64,000 nucleotides of DNA from Chlorokybus atmophyticus. Lineage: Eukaryota; Plantae; Mesostigma and Chlorokybus algae. The notes below the pieces were generated by a model. That model made no database searches, had not been told where the DNA came from, and was given only the letters and a program-made list of their open reading frames with translations. Shown here piece after piece: positions 48,890 to 63,400 of the stretch. A program made the translations under genes and the position numbers. The stretch covers positions 15,283-79,282 of the forward strand of contig RHPI01002907.1 in NCBI GenBank assembly GCA_009103225.1, given 5' to 3'. The number at the start of each line of letters is the position of its first letter. Position 1 is the first letter of the stretch.

Positions 48890-51757
48890 ATGGACCTCCT
48901 GGACGCCATCCGCCGCAGTATCGGCCGTCGTCAGGGGTAAATGCATGCCTCTGGTAGTTGTCCTTTGCCGTGCCAGGCATTGGCTTCAGCTGAGTCCAGC
49001 ATTATGCGCCTTGCTGCCTCTGAGAAGCATGCTGCCAGCTGCCATACCTGGCAGCTCGCAACATGCTTTGCTACGTAATTGAGACTGCCATATTTGTCTA
49101 TTTGCCTTAACTCTTGTCGCGTTCATTTGCTGTATATGTGATTGAAAGCGTTGAATGGTCCAAGCGAAAGTGTGCAATCAACCTTGGCTAGCAGCTCACC
49201 CTAGCAGCCCAGTGACTGTCTCTCTTTGTTCGGCGCTAGTCTGCGTGCAGCCAGAAGATTCCTGGACCCAGAATATGCGGAAACGCCAGCTGGCAGCGAG
49301 GAAGCTGATGCCGAAGCTGCCGCTGGCGGCTTGACTAGCGAGAGTCTGTCGGAGTTTCTCAAAGTAAGCAAGGGTACTACTAGGAGTGCACAACTGTTGC
49401 GCTTGATGCTACGGTGTGCGTTACTCGGTGCTCACACCAACATCTCAGGAGCATGCAACCCTTGCACTCCCAAATGCCGAATTCTTGAAGTTCCAGCCGC
49501 GCGACGTCTTGCACAATGTGGAAGAGGTCAGGCGTGGTTTGCATGTCACTTCCTTTGTTTGCATTAATGCGTGGAAAAAGTCGTATTTGCACGTGCGACT
49601 GCAATGAACATCCATCGTGCCAGTCTGCAAAAGCACTGAACATGCGCATGTATGCCCGGTTGCCAGAGGGAAACGGGCAAAAGGGCTCCGTTTGGCAAGG
49701 TCATGCGTGCGGACCTGGCAAAGCGCTACCCGCCAAACCGTATGGTCAGGCAGTGGGAGCTGCCTAGTCAGGTACGCTTGTTGCATGGTACCATCTGTGA
49801 TGTTGAATTGGAATCATGCATACGCAGCTGATCAGATCATTCTCTGTTTGGTCAGAATTTCTGCGGCCGGTTTACTGAGGACGGCAACGTGTTCCTGAGT
49901 GCTTGCCAAGGTGCGAATTGTTCAACTCAGTGCTTCACTCAGTTGTCCTTGGCTGACTGCAAGTTCGCCCAATAGATCAGAACATACGCCTCTACACTTT
50001 GCCGGGGCTACGCAGTGGCAAGCCTTTCAAGCGCATCTTTGCCAAGGATGTCGGTTGGAGCATCATTGACACCGACTTCAGTCCTGACCAGCGGATGTTG
50101 ATATACTCATCTTGGTCAAATTTTGGTGAGAGCCCTTGTATGTTAATGCGAAGCATGCATATGAGGGCTGCAGCGGTGCTGACTTGTCTCGCATGTGACG
50201 ACTGCAGTACATATCTGCAATGTATATGGCGAGCATGAGCTGCATGAGGGCTTGGACATGAAGTAAGTGCAAGATCTATTCACTTCATGCTCTCCTTGCA
50301 TGCTGCACACCACCTCGTGTTATGTATATCCATCAGCTGCTCCGTTGTGATTGTGACGCTGGTATGTGCTCTACAGGCCTGAGAACCGGCATTTCTGCAT
50401 GTTTTCGATAAAATTCGCCCCCGGTTAGTATGTCCCCACGTATGTTCCTGGTTCGCACCCAAACAGAACAACTATTAGCATGGCTCAGATTTGATTTGCC
50501 CCAGATGGTCGCGAGATTGTTGCTGGTGCCTCTGATAACTGTTTGTACATATACGACATTGAGACTAAAAGACGAACACTGCGGGTACGTGTAGTGCTGA
50601 CAGTGCGAGCACAACAAGCAGTGCCAAGGTTCTCACCTGTCATGCTGCTCGCCACCAGGTTCATGCTCACAGGGACGACATAAACTCCGTGTGCTTTGCG
50701 GACAGCAACCCAAACATCGTGTACAGCGGCAGTGACGACTGCTTGATAAAAGTATGTTCTGGACTTCAACATGTTCCTGTTTTATTTTCTATGCGACATC
50801 ATGGTCACGGACGTGTGGTTGCGACGGCAGGTGTGGGACCGCCGTCTTCTGCGCAGTGGCACAAGCCCTCAGGGCGTACTCATCGGCCACTGCGAAGGCA
50901 TCACGCATGTAACATCAAAGGTAAGGGGTTTTGCCCACAACAATGTTTTGGTCTGGGAAGGAGTATCCGACTAACACCGGTGTACGCATGCAGGGTGATG
51001 GCAGGTATATCCTAAGCAACAGCAAGGACCAGAGCGCCAGGCTATGGGATGCTCGGAAACTCAGCAGCGAGAGCGACTCTGCAGCGTTGCCCGCTCTGGC
51101 TCGACGCATGTGGGATTACCGCTGGGAGCATCCCACAGCACGAGTAGGCCGCCGCTGCCACAGCAACCACCTGCCCATGGATGCGTCGCTTGTCACGTAA
51201 GCCAACAGATTGATTGCACTAGGAACCTTGCCACTGCCCACTTCATTATCACTGATCATTATGAGCTGCGACCTTCTAAACTTGATGTACTTCTAGAACA
51301 AGTTGTCATTCTCCATCTCATCATGTCTATCGTCATTACAGCTATGCAGGGCATTCCGTCCTGCAGACGCTTGTGCGAGCGCACTTTTCGCCTGCTGCAA
51401 CCACAGAGCAACGCTATGTGTACACGGGTTCATCATGCGGCGCCGTGCATGGTAAGCGTTGCTGAGCGCTTGAGAACCGCTGCAAGCTGACTTGCTGCGG
51501 TTGTTCACCCGGGGTTGTTTGTGCAGTATACGACGTCGTGAGCGGCAAGTTGGTCAGGAAGTTGGGCGGCCACGGTGCGACTGTGCGCGACGCCTCCTGG
51601 CATCCGTACCTACCCATCATGGTCACATCTTCGGTAAGTGGATGCAAGATTACGTACATGCATTTAGTTTGGTGGCTGTGTACAGTGGCTGACTTGTTTG
51701 TTGCACTTTTGTTTTCAGTGGGACTGTACGTTGGGCGTGTGGGAGCATGTGCGATGA
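48890..51757 (+). CDS. DCAF11: DDB1/CUL4-associated WD40 protein DCAF11/WDR23 (plant LEC14B-like)
   Basis: FCGRFTEDGNVFLSACQ, AKDVGWSIIDTDFSPDQRMLIYSSW, HRDDINSVCFAD...YSGSDD, GVLIGHCEGITHV..KGDGRYILSNSKDQSARLWD, YAGHSVLQTLVRAHFSP...GHGATVRDASWHP. The start codon is less certain. Confidence 0.92.
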
Positions 51758-53029
51758 GAGCAGTGTCACGAATAATGCCTTACTGCGGCACCAAGGAGGG
51801 ATCGGAACAAGCATTGCTTGGCCGCTGGAGGTCTTGTAGATAGCGCTAGGTTATAAGGGTTCGGTTAAAGACTAGGTAGGGCGATCGTCCACTTCTGCCT
51901 TTAAGACAGGTTGATACCTGGCCAGTGCAATGGCCAACACAAGTGGTTTAGTCATTGCGCAGTGAGTTGCAAGATGCATTCATGGCGTTAGCGCCGTAGT
52001 GTTTGTTCGTTTCCTAGCATTCGCTGCATACAATGCATTAATGCCCAGGTACTACGGAGCATGCACATGTACATGTCTACATACGGTACTGCAACTGCTT
52101 CCTGTTGTGCCTGAAGTTGCGTGAGGACTTCAACTTTGCGTGGTATGAGGATGAATTTTGCTGCTGCTTGTTCCGAGAATGTAGGCACAAAAGCAGGGGT
52201 GTGATGTACAACTGCCTGCATGTGCACTCATTGTCAAGTGGCAGGCACAGCAGTTTCGGCACAGCCACAATCACCAAAACAAACGCATTCATCCAACAAG
52301 GTGTGCCAATCACAACCAGGCACCTGCACCAAACAGAGATCGAAACCAGCAAGCAGGCAGCAAACTACACAGCTATGTACATCAGAGGGCTAGCCACGGG
52401 CCTGAGCATGGACTGACCCCAGCTCGCAGACTATGCAGGCATCACATATAGTCAACTAGCAGCGTGTAGGCAGACAGGCGCGGCAACAGCACCCGCAGTA
52501 GCAGCAACCCACGCCCCTGTCAAAGTGCGCCACAGTCAGCCGAACAGGGGGCATTTTCTGTCTGTCTTATGCATAAACATGCGAACAACAACTACTGCTA
52601 GTGGTGGCAGTAGTGGTAGACGACAACGACGGCTACCAGTAGTACACCGTGAACTGGTGGTGAGTGCTGCTAGTACCACTACTAGTAGGACTACGTACCA
52701 TTTACTAAACCACGCTTACCGCCTTTAGCTGGAGTGCATGCATAAGCACAGGCTGTGTAGAGGGTTGGTCGGCGACAAGGGAGGCAGGGTTGTAATGTAA
52801 CGAGGCAAGGCAGCAAATAACTTGCACCAAGTCAGTACTCAATCAAGCCCAACATAATAACCCACGTGCGGTAAGCTTACTTGCATGTGTATTCAAGCGT
52901 GCGTTTATGTACCTCGCTAGAGCCTACAACCTACTACTTTTGGGTACAAAGACAAAACAAACCAACCAGCAGAAGAAGCACTCAAAGCGGTGCAGTGGCA
53001 CTGCACAGCTAACAGCCAACTTCACACAT

Positions 53030-55393
<2,364 letters not shown>

Positions 55394-55842
55394 TCATGCA
55401 AAAAGAAATCAAATTAAGTGCATGAAACATTTTGTGGTCATCAAGTGCACCTTGATACCTGCACAACGGCGCTATAGTTTCAAGTTGTGTGTGATGTTGT
55501 AATCACTTACGTATCCTGCTCGGTGTCTTTTGCAATGTACTATCACTATTGATGTTAATTACTACCACATCTTGACTTGATTGCAAAACCACTTCCATGA
55601 CTTGACTCAACCAAACTTACCGTCATTGATTCGAGTGCACGCACAAACTACGTGGGTTGCATACAAAAGGAAAGTCAAGGATGTAGTACATGGAGGCAAG
55701 GGCAGCAAAAATTCATTGTATTACATTGCATCAACTCAGTAAGAGCCAGCCATCAATTGAAAAACATATGGGGGCACTAACCCAACATCATAAGCCATGA
55801 CATGTCGCCACACTCGCACGCACGTATGCATTACCCTGCCCC

Positions 55843-56104
55843 NNNNNNNNNNNNNNNNNNNNNNNNNNNNNNNNNNNNNNNNNNNNNNNNNNNNNNNNNN
55901 NNNNNNNNNNNNNNNNNNNNNNNNNNNNNNNNNNNNNNNNNNNNNNNNNNNNNNNNNNNNNNNNNNNNNNNNNNNNNNNNNNNNNNNNNNNNNNNNNNNN
56001 NNNNNNNNNNNNNNNNNNNNNNNNNNNNNNNNNNNNNNNNNNNNNNNNNNNNNNNNNNNNNNNNNNNNNNNNNNNNNNNNNNNNNNNNNNNNNNNNNNNN
56101 NNNN
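55843..56104. other. Assembly gap (N run) flanked by C homopolymers
   Basis: Run of N followed by a run of about 22 C. Confidence 0.99.
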
Positions 56105-56179
56105 CCCCCCCCCCCCCCCCCCCCCCTGAAAAAAGTCAATGGGGGGAGCGGGGGGGTATTCGCACAAATAAGGTAGGTA

Positions 56180-57089
56180 GGTACTGCACTTCGCTGCATG
56201 CTGCCTCCTTTTACTGACTCAGTAGGAGAAGTCAGTGACGCTGATGCTGTGCGTTTGAATGGCATCGGTGCCCTTGCTTTCCATGCGCACTGCATGCCGC
56301 AAGCAGTGCTCTTAAATACTCAGAGCCGAATTGACTCCCTTTCACACATGTAATCCAAGGGTCCGTAACCTACAGCGTCTGCGTGTTTGTGCGGGGGGGA
56401 GGGGGGGGGGGGGGGCGNCTGTCATAGAGGATAGAGGTGAGTCCCCTCCTCTCCTTCGTCAGGCCCTCAGCCTGCGGCGCTGCGTCAATTCAAAGCTCAG
56501 AGTTAGGTTTAACTGTTAGACCAAACGGAGCCCTTACCGGTAGTGACAATGCCAGTGTGCACATTGCACCTGCACCTGCAGCGGCCCAGGCGGTGGCCCA
56601 GGCGGTGGCGGCGGCGGCGCAAGTGCAGGGGCGGCTTGTTGTTCCATGCTTGCTTGAGGACGCTTCTGCTGGGACCCACGCCAACCGCAAGTTTCGGACA
56701 GACAAAAGGTGAAGCCCTCATGTTCATAGTACCAATTATGTTGGTTTTGCTTGCTGCGGACATGCGATTGGGGCTGAGTGAGCAATAGTCAATAGGTTGA
56801 GAATGTTTTGAAAGAGAATAGTAACTCAGCTTTCCACAGCTTACACGTGTCGTTACTGCATTACACGTCAGACTCAGCAACCCTCAACCTCTTGTGTTTT
56901 TTTGCTCATATTGTGGGTTGGCTCTGCAAGTTGTTGCTGTTAATGTAGCCTAAATAAGATTGATGAATGGCGTGAACCATGCAGGCACGCACGCACGCAC
57001 ACAGACGGGCGGTACACTAGTGCTGGTGCATACACCCTTTGCCGTTGTAGAGGCCAGGAGTAGGAGAAAGGCTGGATGGTTGATTTTGA

Positions 57090-57130
<41 letters not shown>

Positions 57131-57440
57131 CGCTTGTGCTTGTGTGTGAGTCAATCGTCTCCTTCTCACCATGTAACTGTGCAACATGTCCTTTGTGTGC
57201 AGAGCAGACCGAGCTGGAAGAGCTGAAAATCTACTATAGGCTGTACTATAAAACGGATAAGGTGGAACCCTTGACAGGGGTCCACTGCCTGCGGTTGAAC
57301 TTTTCTCCCAAGTATTGGCCGTCGAACACTATACGCGACATTAAGAACTTGAAGCTTGAAAGAAGTTTCACAGTTATTAGATGCCACCACTACTCTTGCA
57401 TCATCACGGCGATCCGTCGAAACCATTATGGTAGTTGTTC
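56180..57440 (+). pseudogene. Unknown gene X, copy B, 3'-truncated
   Basis: Homologous to about 53030-54770. Shared blocks include TCAGGCCCTCAGCCTGCG, CTTGAGGACGCTTCTGCTGGGA, the (CT)n tract and EPLTGVHCLRLNFS.K.WPSNTIRD.KNLK. Homology ends abruptly at about 57440. Confidence 0.7.
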
Positions 57441-57441
57441 A

Positions 57442-58980
57442 TCAACTCTGTGTGCTTTGCGGACAGCAACCCAAACTTAGTGTACAGGCAACGATAACTG
57501 CCTGATCAAGATATGTCTTGCACTTAAGCATTGTCCGAGTTTTGTCAGCCTGCAGTAACATGTGATGTAACATGCATGTGGTTGTGATGGAAGGTGTAGG
57601 ACCGCCGTCCCCTGCAGACTGGTACAAGCCCTCAGGGTGTACTCATTGGCCACTGCGAAGGCATCTCGCACGCAACATCTAAGGTAAGGGGTTGTGCCCC
57701 CCACATTATTGTTCTGCTTTGGGAAGGAGCATTGATCAACACCTGTGAATGCATGCAGGGTGATGGCAGGTACATCCTCAGCAACAGAAAGGATCGGAGC
57801 GCCAGACTGTGGGATGCTAGAAAATTAAGCAGCGAGAGCGACTCCGCAGGGCTGCCCGCATTGGCGTGATGCATGTGGAATTACCGCTGGAGCATCCCAC
57901 ATCACGAAACGGCCACCGCTGCCATAGCAACCACCTGCTCAAAGATGCTTCGCTTGTCATATAAGCTTCAGCCAACCGATGAATTAGTTGCAATAGGAAC
58001 CACTTGCCAGTGCTGTTACCAGTCATCATCATGTGCTGCTACTTCAATCTTGATATGAGATGAGAACAAGTTGTCATTTCCCATCTCATTATGTCTTGCC
58101 TTACAGCTACGCAGGGCATTCCGTCCTGCAGACGCTTGTGCGTGCGCAATTTTCGCCAGCTGCAACCTCAGAACAACGCTATGTGTACACAGGTTCATCA
58201 TGCGGCGCCGTGCATGGTAAGCATGGTCGAGCACTGGAGAAAGAAGCGTTGCAATCTTTATTGCTGCAGTTGTTCACGCGGGGTTGTTCGTGCAGTGTAC
58301 GACGTTGTGAGCGGTAAGTTGGTCAGGAGGATGGGCGGCCATGGTGCGACCGTACGCGACGCCTCCCGGCATCCGTATCTACCCATCATGGTCACATCTT
58401 CGGTGAGCGAATGCAAGATTGTGCATGTAGCTCGGTGGCTGTTTACAGTGGCTGACGTAATTGTTGCACTGTTGTATTGGTGGGACTGTACGTTGGGCGT
58501 GTGGGAGCATGTGCGATGAGAATAGTATTTCCTCAACATATGTTGTCGGGTTGCTGCGGCACCAGTAGGGGTTTGAACTAGCAGTATTTGGCAGCTGGTC
58601 TTGTAGAAAGCACTAGGTGACAGTGAAGAATCAGATTCTAGATTAAGATTATCATCCAGTTTGGCCGTTCTGCCAGTTTGCAGTGGGTACCCGACTATTT
58701 GGACCAATGGAAGGGCCAGCACAAATGGTGCCATGCCGTTGAAAGGCATTCGGTTGGTAGTAGCGCTGATGCCAGTGTCCCATTAGATAGTAGTGTTCGT
58801 TTCATGGCATTCCTGCACCAAGGTATTGATGCTCAAGTGCTACAAGTGCTTTGCAAAGCAATTGGCCAGTGCATGAAGGTGCCAACGTGAGGATGTTCAC
58901 TGATCCATAGTAAGGGGGTTGTGTATGCTACTGCTGATTGTGCTATTGCAGGCACGAAACAGGGGTGTTGTGTGTACAAA
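57442..58980 (+). pseudogene. Partial duplicate of the DCAF11 3' half with introns and 3' flank
   Basis: Colinear with about 50683-52200, including introns. It has a frameshifting deletion in the SGSDD codons, CGA>TGA at 57867-57869 and a 1-bp deletion in RWEHP. It ends at the same WDCTLGVWEHVR* and continues into the UTR. Confidence 0.92.
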
Positions 58981-59509
58981 GTATGCAGTGGGGTGTATGT
59001 GTAATAAGCATAGGGTAGGATAGGGGGGCCGCAAATGAACCATCAGGCAGCATAGCACCTTGCCAAAGCTGTTGCATGCATGCTTATTGCTTCATGTCCG
59101 TCACTTCTTGCAACAGTCTTTACTGATGCATGCACTCACACGGCAAGAGGCAGGCAAGGTTAATGCATTAAGATTACCGCACAGCACACTGTCACACCTT
59201 AGAATGTTGACACTGTGTGTCCAGTTTACTGTCACACCTCGGACACACGACACAGCACGGTTATCAGCCACCGACATGCTATGACCCGGTTTACTGCGCC
59301 TTTTACAACTGCAGGCCAATGCTTCCTTTTTCTGATTCTACTTGGGTTCTCGGGATCTTCGAAAAGGCCTCTCGCTGCTAGGCCTGTGTTGCCTCCGGGC
59401 GAGGGATTGAGGGAGGCCGGCTGATTAGACAACATGTGATGCAAGTGTATGGTTGCGAAGTGGGGTTGAGAGGCGGGATGTGGTGATTGTTGTTGGTGGA
59501 TCAGTAGGG

Positions 59510-59700
59510 CTGTTGAGCCTGGAGGCTGACCTGGCGTATGAGGAGGAGTTGCTGCTGCAGAACCGTATTGCCCTCAAGTCTTAGTGGCCGCTACCTGCAT
59601 GCTGGGGTGGGCGCGCCTATACGCAAGTGACAGCTCATGTAGAGTGCGCCCGCAAGGCGCTACCTGGCGCTTGCGAGCTATGGACTGCTGTCTTACATGC
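59510..59700 (+). pseudogene. Degenerate N-terminal fragment of pre-mRNA splicing factor SYF1/XAB2
   Basis: EADLAYEEELLLQNRIALKS*W(fs)RYLHAGVGAPIRK*QLM(fs)ECARKALPGACELWTAVL matches SYF1 'DLLYEEELLRN..SLK.WWRYL....P.KKR..IYERALKALPGSYKLW.AYL', with stops and frameshifts. Confidence 0.75.
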
Positions 59701-60099
59701 CTGCAGTCGTTGCATTCCACCGCCTTCTTGTGTACTTGTGAACGCAGTGGGTAGACGGCTGTGCGCTGCGTTGAAGCATTGCATGCAATGAGCGGTTCCA
59801 TTTGGCAGCTCAGCTGCTCAAAACTACGGCAGGAACCTCTGCCTATCTGCTTGCACAAAGCTTTGTGCATGCAGACAGGCCCTTATCGGGTTAAAAATAT
59901 GGCATGCATGTTTGCATGTACGAGTCCATGCATGTATGCATGCATGCACGTGTATGTCTGCGTGCACAGCATGTATATGCATGCATGCTGTTTAGAGATT
60001 GTGTGTGCGTGTGTAACTGTGTCTCTGCCTTGGGTTCTCTCCATGACAATGTTACTTATGACTCATTGCTAATAACAAGCTGCTTGCTTCCGCCTGCAC

Positions 60100-63000
60100 T
60101 GCACCGACTGAGCCAGACCTATGCCAGGGAAACCCTTCAAGAGCGTGGAGGACTTAGGCCCCAAGCGGGACGGCCTTGCACGACACATAGCAGGGGACGG
60201 GAGGCAGTGCCAGAGAGGCATTGACACTGTTAAGGCAACTGCGAGCCGCGGCGACCATGAAGGGGCCTGAGGAAGGCAACCCAAGAGGAACGCCTTTAGG
60301 AGAGTGAGGTGAGTAGCAGAAAGCAATGAGGCACGATGGGCTGTGCATGCGTGACATTTGCGTCTCAGCGCAACAGGCTGTTAAGGCACTCAGGTCGCTC
60401 CAAACGAAGTTCGTGTTGCGTGTGTCGACGGATGTGCTTGCAGGCATGTTGAAGTCACATAGCATGCACTTCCGCCGGCCTCACAACCATGCTAACTTTT
60501 GCTAGTCGTGAGTAGCCAGGTCAAGTCATTGAACATGCTGTTAGGAAGCACAAACCATGGGGGGTACCGGCGACATTACTCCATCTGAACATGCGGAGGA
60601 GAGCATGCAGGTACTTCAGACACGAATGTTGTGGCTTGAATGTGAGTTGTCAGTACAAGTATTGGTTGACCAGAAAAATTATTATCTTTTTAAGTTTAAC
60701 GTATTGATGTTATGAGGAAGACCAATTACGTGTTTCAGGGTCCTGCCTTGCACATGCCGTTTGAAGAACCCCAGTCCCAGAGGGCCCCCAGGGTGCGGCA
60801 ACCATCGGAGTTGGCGCTGTCATTGCCATCTTCGGTTGCATCTGCCCCGCCTGTCACGTTGCCATCGCAGTTTGCAAAACCTTTGTCATCTTCAGCTGCA
60901 TCCGCTCTTCCGGCTACATTGCCTTCAATCGGCGCATCTGCAACAGCCCCGTCGGGCGCGAGGACAAATGACATACCCTTCCACATTGTGCTGCTGAGAC
61001 ACCACGATAACAGCAAGGTATGCATCACGAAACTGAGACTTATAGCTAATCAACATGTGTCACATATTGCGCTGTGAACATGAGGAGACGCATGTTGTGT
61101 GGATAGCTTTAGTACTCACCCCTATGTGTATTCTCAAACCTCATATGTGCTTACTGAAGATGTTATATCTCATCGAATTGTATCATAGCCACTAACACCA
61201 CCACATGCATGCTTTTGCGTGCAGATCATATCACATACATTGCAAGCGGTGCTGCAGGGGTATTCTCACCTGATACCGCCAGGCAATAGCGATATTCAGG
61301 CCTCTACATTCATCCAGCTAGTGCGCGCACAGTGCACTTCTACAGATTCTGCTGCCAGTTTGCGAATGGTACCCACTCGCTGCTGCGGGCGCAATGGCAT
61401 CTCCAACCCGCTCATACCGGATAGGGTCTTTGTGGTGTATGATGCGGGAGTAATGCTGGCGCCGACGGATATCGTGAGAAGGGATCACCCTGACCACGTA
61501 TACACACTCTGCGTGTATTCAGGTAAGTATGTTGTTTATCATATCATGCGTTTTATGTTAAACGGGTAATGTATGTAAGAGCGAACCATTAAGATCGTGC
61601 ACACGGCGTCACACATAGAGTACTCCTCACATTGCACACACCTTTTCATCAGGTTGAGCCTCACGCTTGCATGCTATCCAATTCTACACCAACCCCGGGC
61701 TGTAGAGGGAATACCCTTTACAAACAAGCTATATAGGGCCTATCAAGCTTGTTCGTAAAGCGTATTCCCTCTACCGCCCATACTGTTCATGCGTGCATTA
61801 CAGCCTTAAGGCTTCATCACTTGCACATGCACACGTGCGCGAGTTGTATGCTGATCAAACTCACTTCAACAGATATTGCTGATTGGGCTGAGCCAGTCTT
61901 GGAGATGGCACGCACGACCATGGCGGCGGTTATGTCATTGGTACCAACTCTGGTGCTGCACGATCCCAACACAAGTAGGGGAAAACTGATCTGCACAGCC
62001 GCGCTCGCGATCCTTGCGATGTGGGATAAGGACTTGCCTGGCTTGCGTCGTTGGTGGCGGCACGAAAGGGCATTGGCTTGGGCAAGGTATGGTTACTAGA
62101 TGCTCTTACTGATGTTTCACAACTGATATTCAATGTTGTGACTAATCGGAGCACACAGTGATACATGATATAATATGATTATACATTTTTGCAGGTTGCA
62201 GTACCATGAGGAGCTTTGGGGAGGAGGGAAAATGATGCTGCTCAAGGCACTTTTGCCATGCTTGGCTACGTATGCAGCGCTGGTAGTGGCAATCATTTTC
62301 TACTTAAAGAAATAGGGTACTCGGTAACACATTCCAAACCCTGATGTAAAGTCGTAACTTGTATATAATGTACTAGGTTGTAATCCACCAACGCGCTTTT
62401 CCAATGATGTTGTCAAACAATGTTACATCAAAACATTGCTGCACTTTCTTACTTGCCACACAACCCGCTATGATTGGCTTCATGATAAGCTCAACCTTCT
62501 GACTACACACCTCAACACCACTCTTCACATACATACATACATACATGTGCAGGTGATGACGCACGCATGCATGCATGCATGTCTAATGGGTATGCGCAGT
62601 AGAGAAGGTAGGTAGCAGCTAGGTTAGCAGCCCGGTGGTTAATGAGAGTGCTTCATAGTGTGGTGAGTAGACTGCTCATGCATGTGTGTGTCACACTCTC
62701 ATGCATGCCACAATCCTTGCATTCTACTTATTATACATACATGCCCTCGTCTCTCTCAGCGCTATGATTCCACATGCGGCTCTCGCCATCATCGCTCCTC
62801 GCACGAGATGAATCTGGGGCTGGTTGAGCTCGTTTAAGACCAGCTGCATGCACCCACATCCAGTATGCTAGCAGCCATGAACTGTTCAGCTGCAAGCATT
62901 CCAACATAAAGTTATTCTGGGCAAAGCTGTTCTGTTTGCACAGGTGACAGTGCTGAGATGCTCTATTTTGAGTCAGTCATAAGCGACTCCAGCATCTGCA

Positions 63001-63400
63001 TCTTGCTTTCATTCAGGAGCGTGGAGGACGCGTCCATTCACGATTGCCTGCAGGTGAGCATGCTCGTGAGTACGAGTGTTGTTGAGTTCCAACCCACCAA
63101 GATGTGGACAGTTTCAACTTTGGCCATGTGACAACCCGCCAGGTGATGAAACACAGCGCTGCGGTGACGGAGGTGAAGTGCACGCCCGTGTTTTATAGGA
63201 GGTGATCGACAACGACTTTGTGTGGCGTGGCCTTGTGTCGTCGCAGTAGCCGCATAGCCACTGGATGTCACACTTGTGGGCCCTCATCCGCTCTGGCATG
63301 TCCTTGTCTTGAAGCTAGCGCATTGTGAGGCGAGTTGGCCCATTGATAATGCACTTGTGGCAGTCGTCTACAAGGCCTGCGCTCGCACACAAGCTACATG
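60100..63400 (+). pseudogene. Unknown multi-exon gene Y, open through the middle exons and degraded at both ends
   Basis: GT-AG-bounded exons at about 60738-61018, 61226-61522, 61873-62086 and 62195-62267 join into one frame (...NDIPFHIVLLRHHDNSK|IISHTLQAVL...VYTLCVYS|DIADWAEPVLEM...WWRHERALAWAR|LQYHEELWGG...). Flanking candidate exons contain stops. I recognise no family. Confidence 0.35.
61697..61779. repeat. Near-perfect 83-nt inverted repeat (hairpin) in an intron of gene Y
   Basis: Left arm GTAGAGGGAATACCCTTTACAAACAAGCT (61702-61730) pairs with 61746-61774 with 2 mismatches in 29 bp. The outer GGGC/GCCC also pairs, and the loop is partly self-complementary. Confidence 0.9.
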
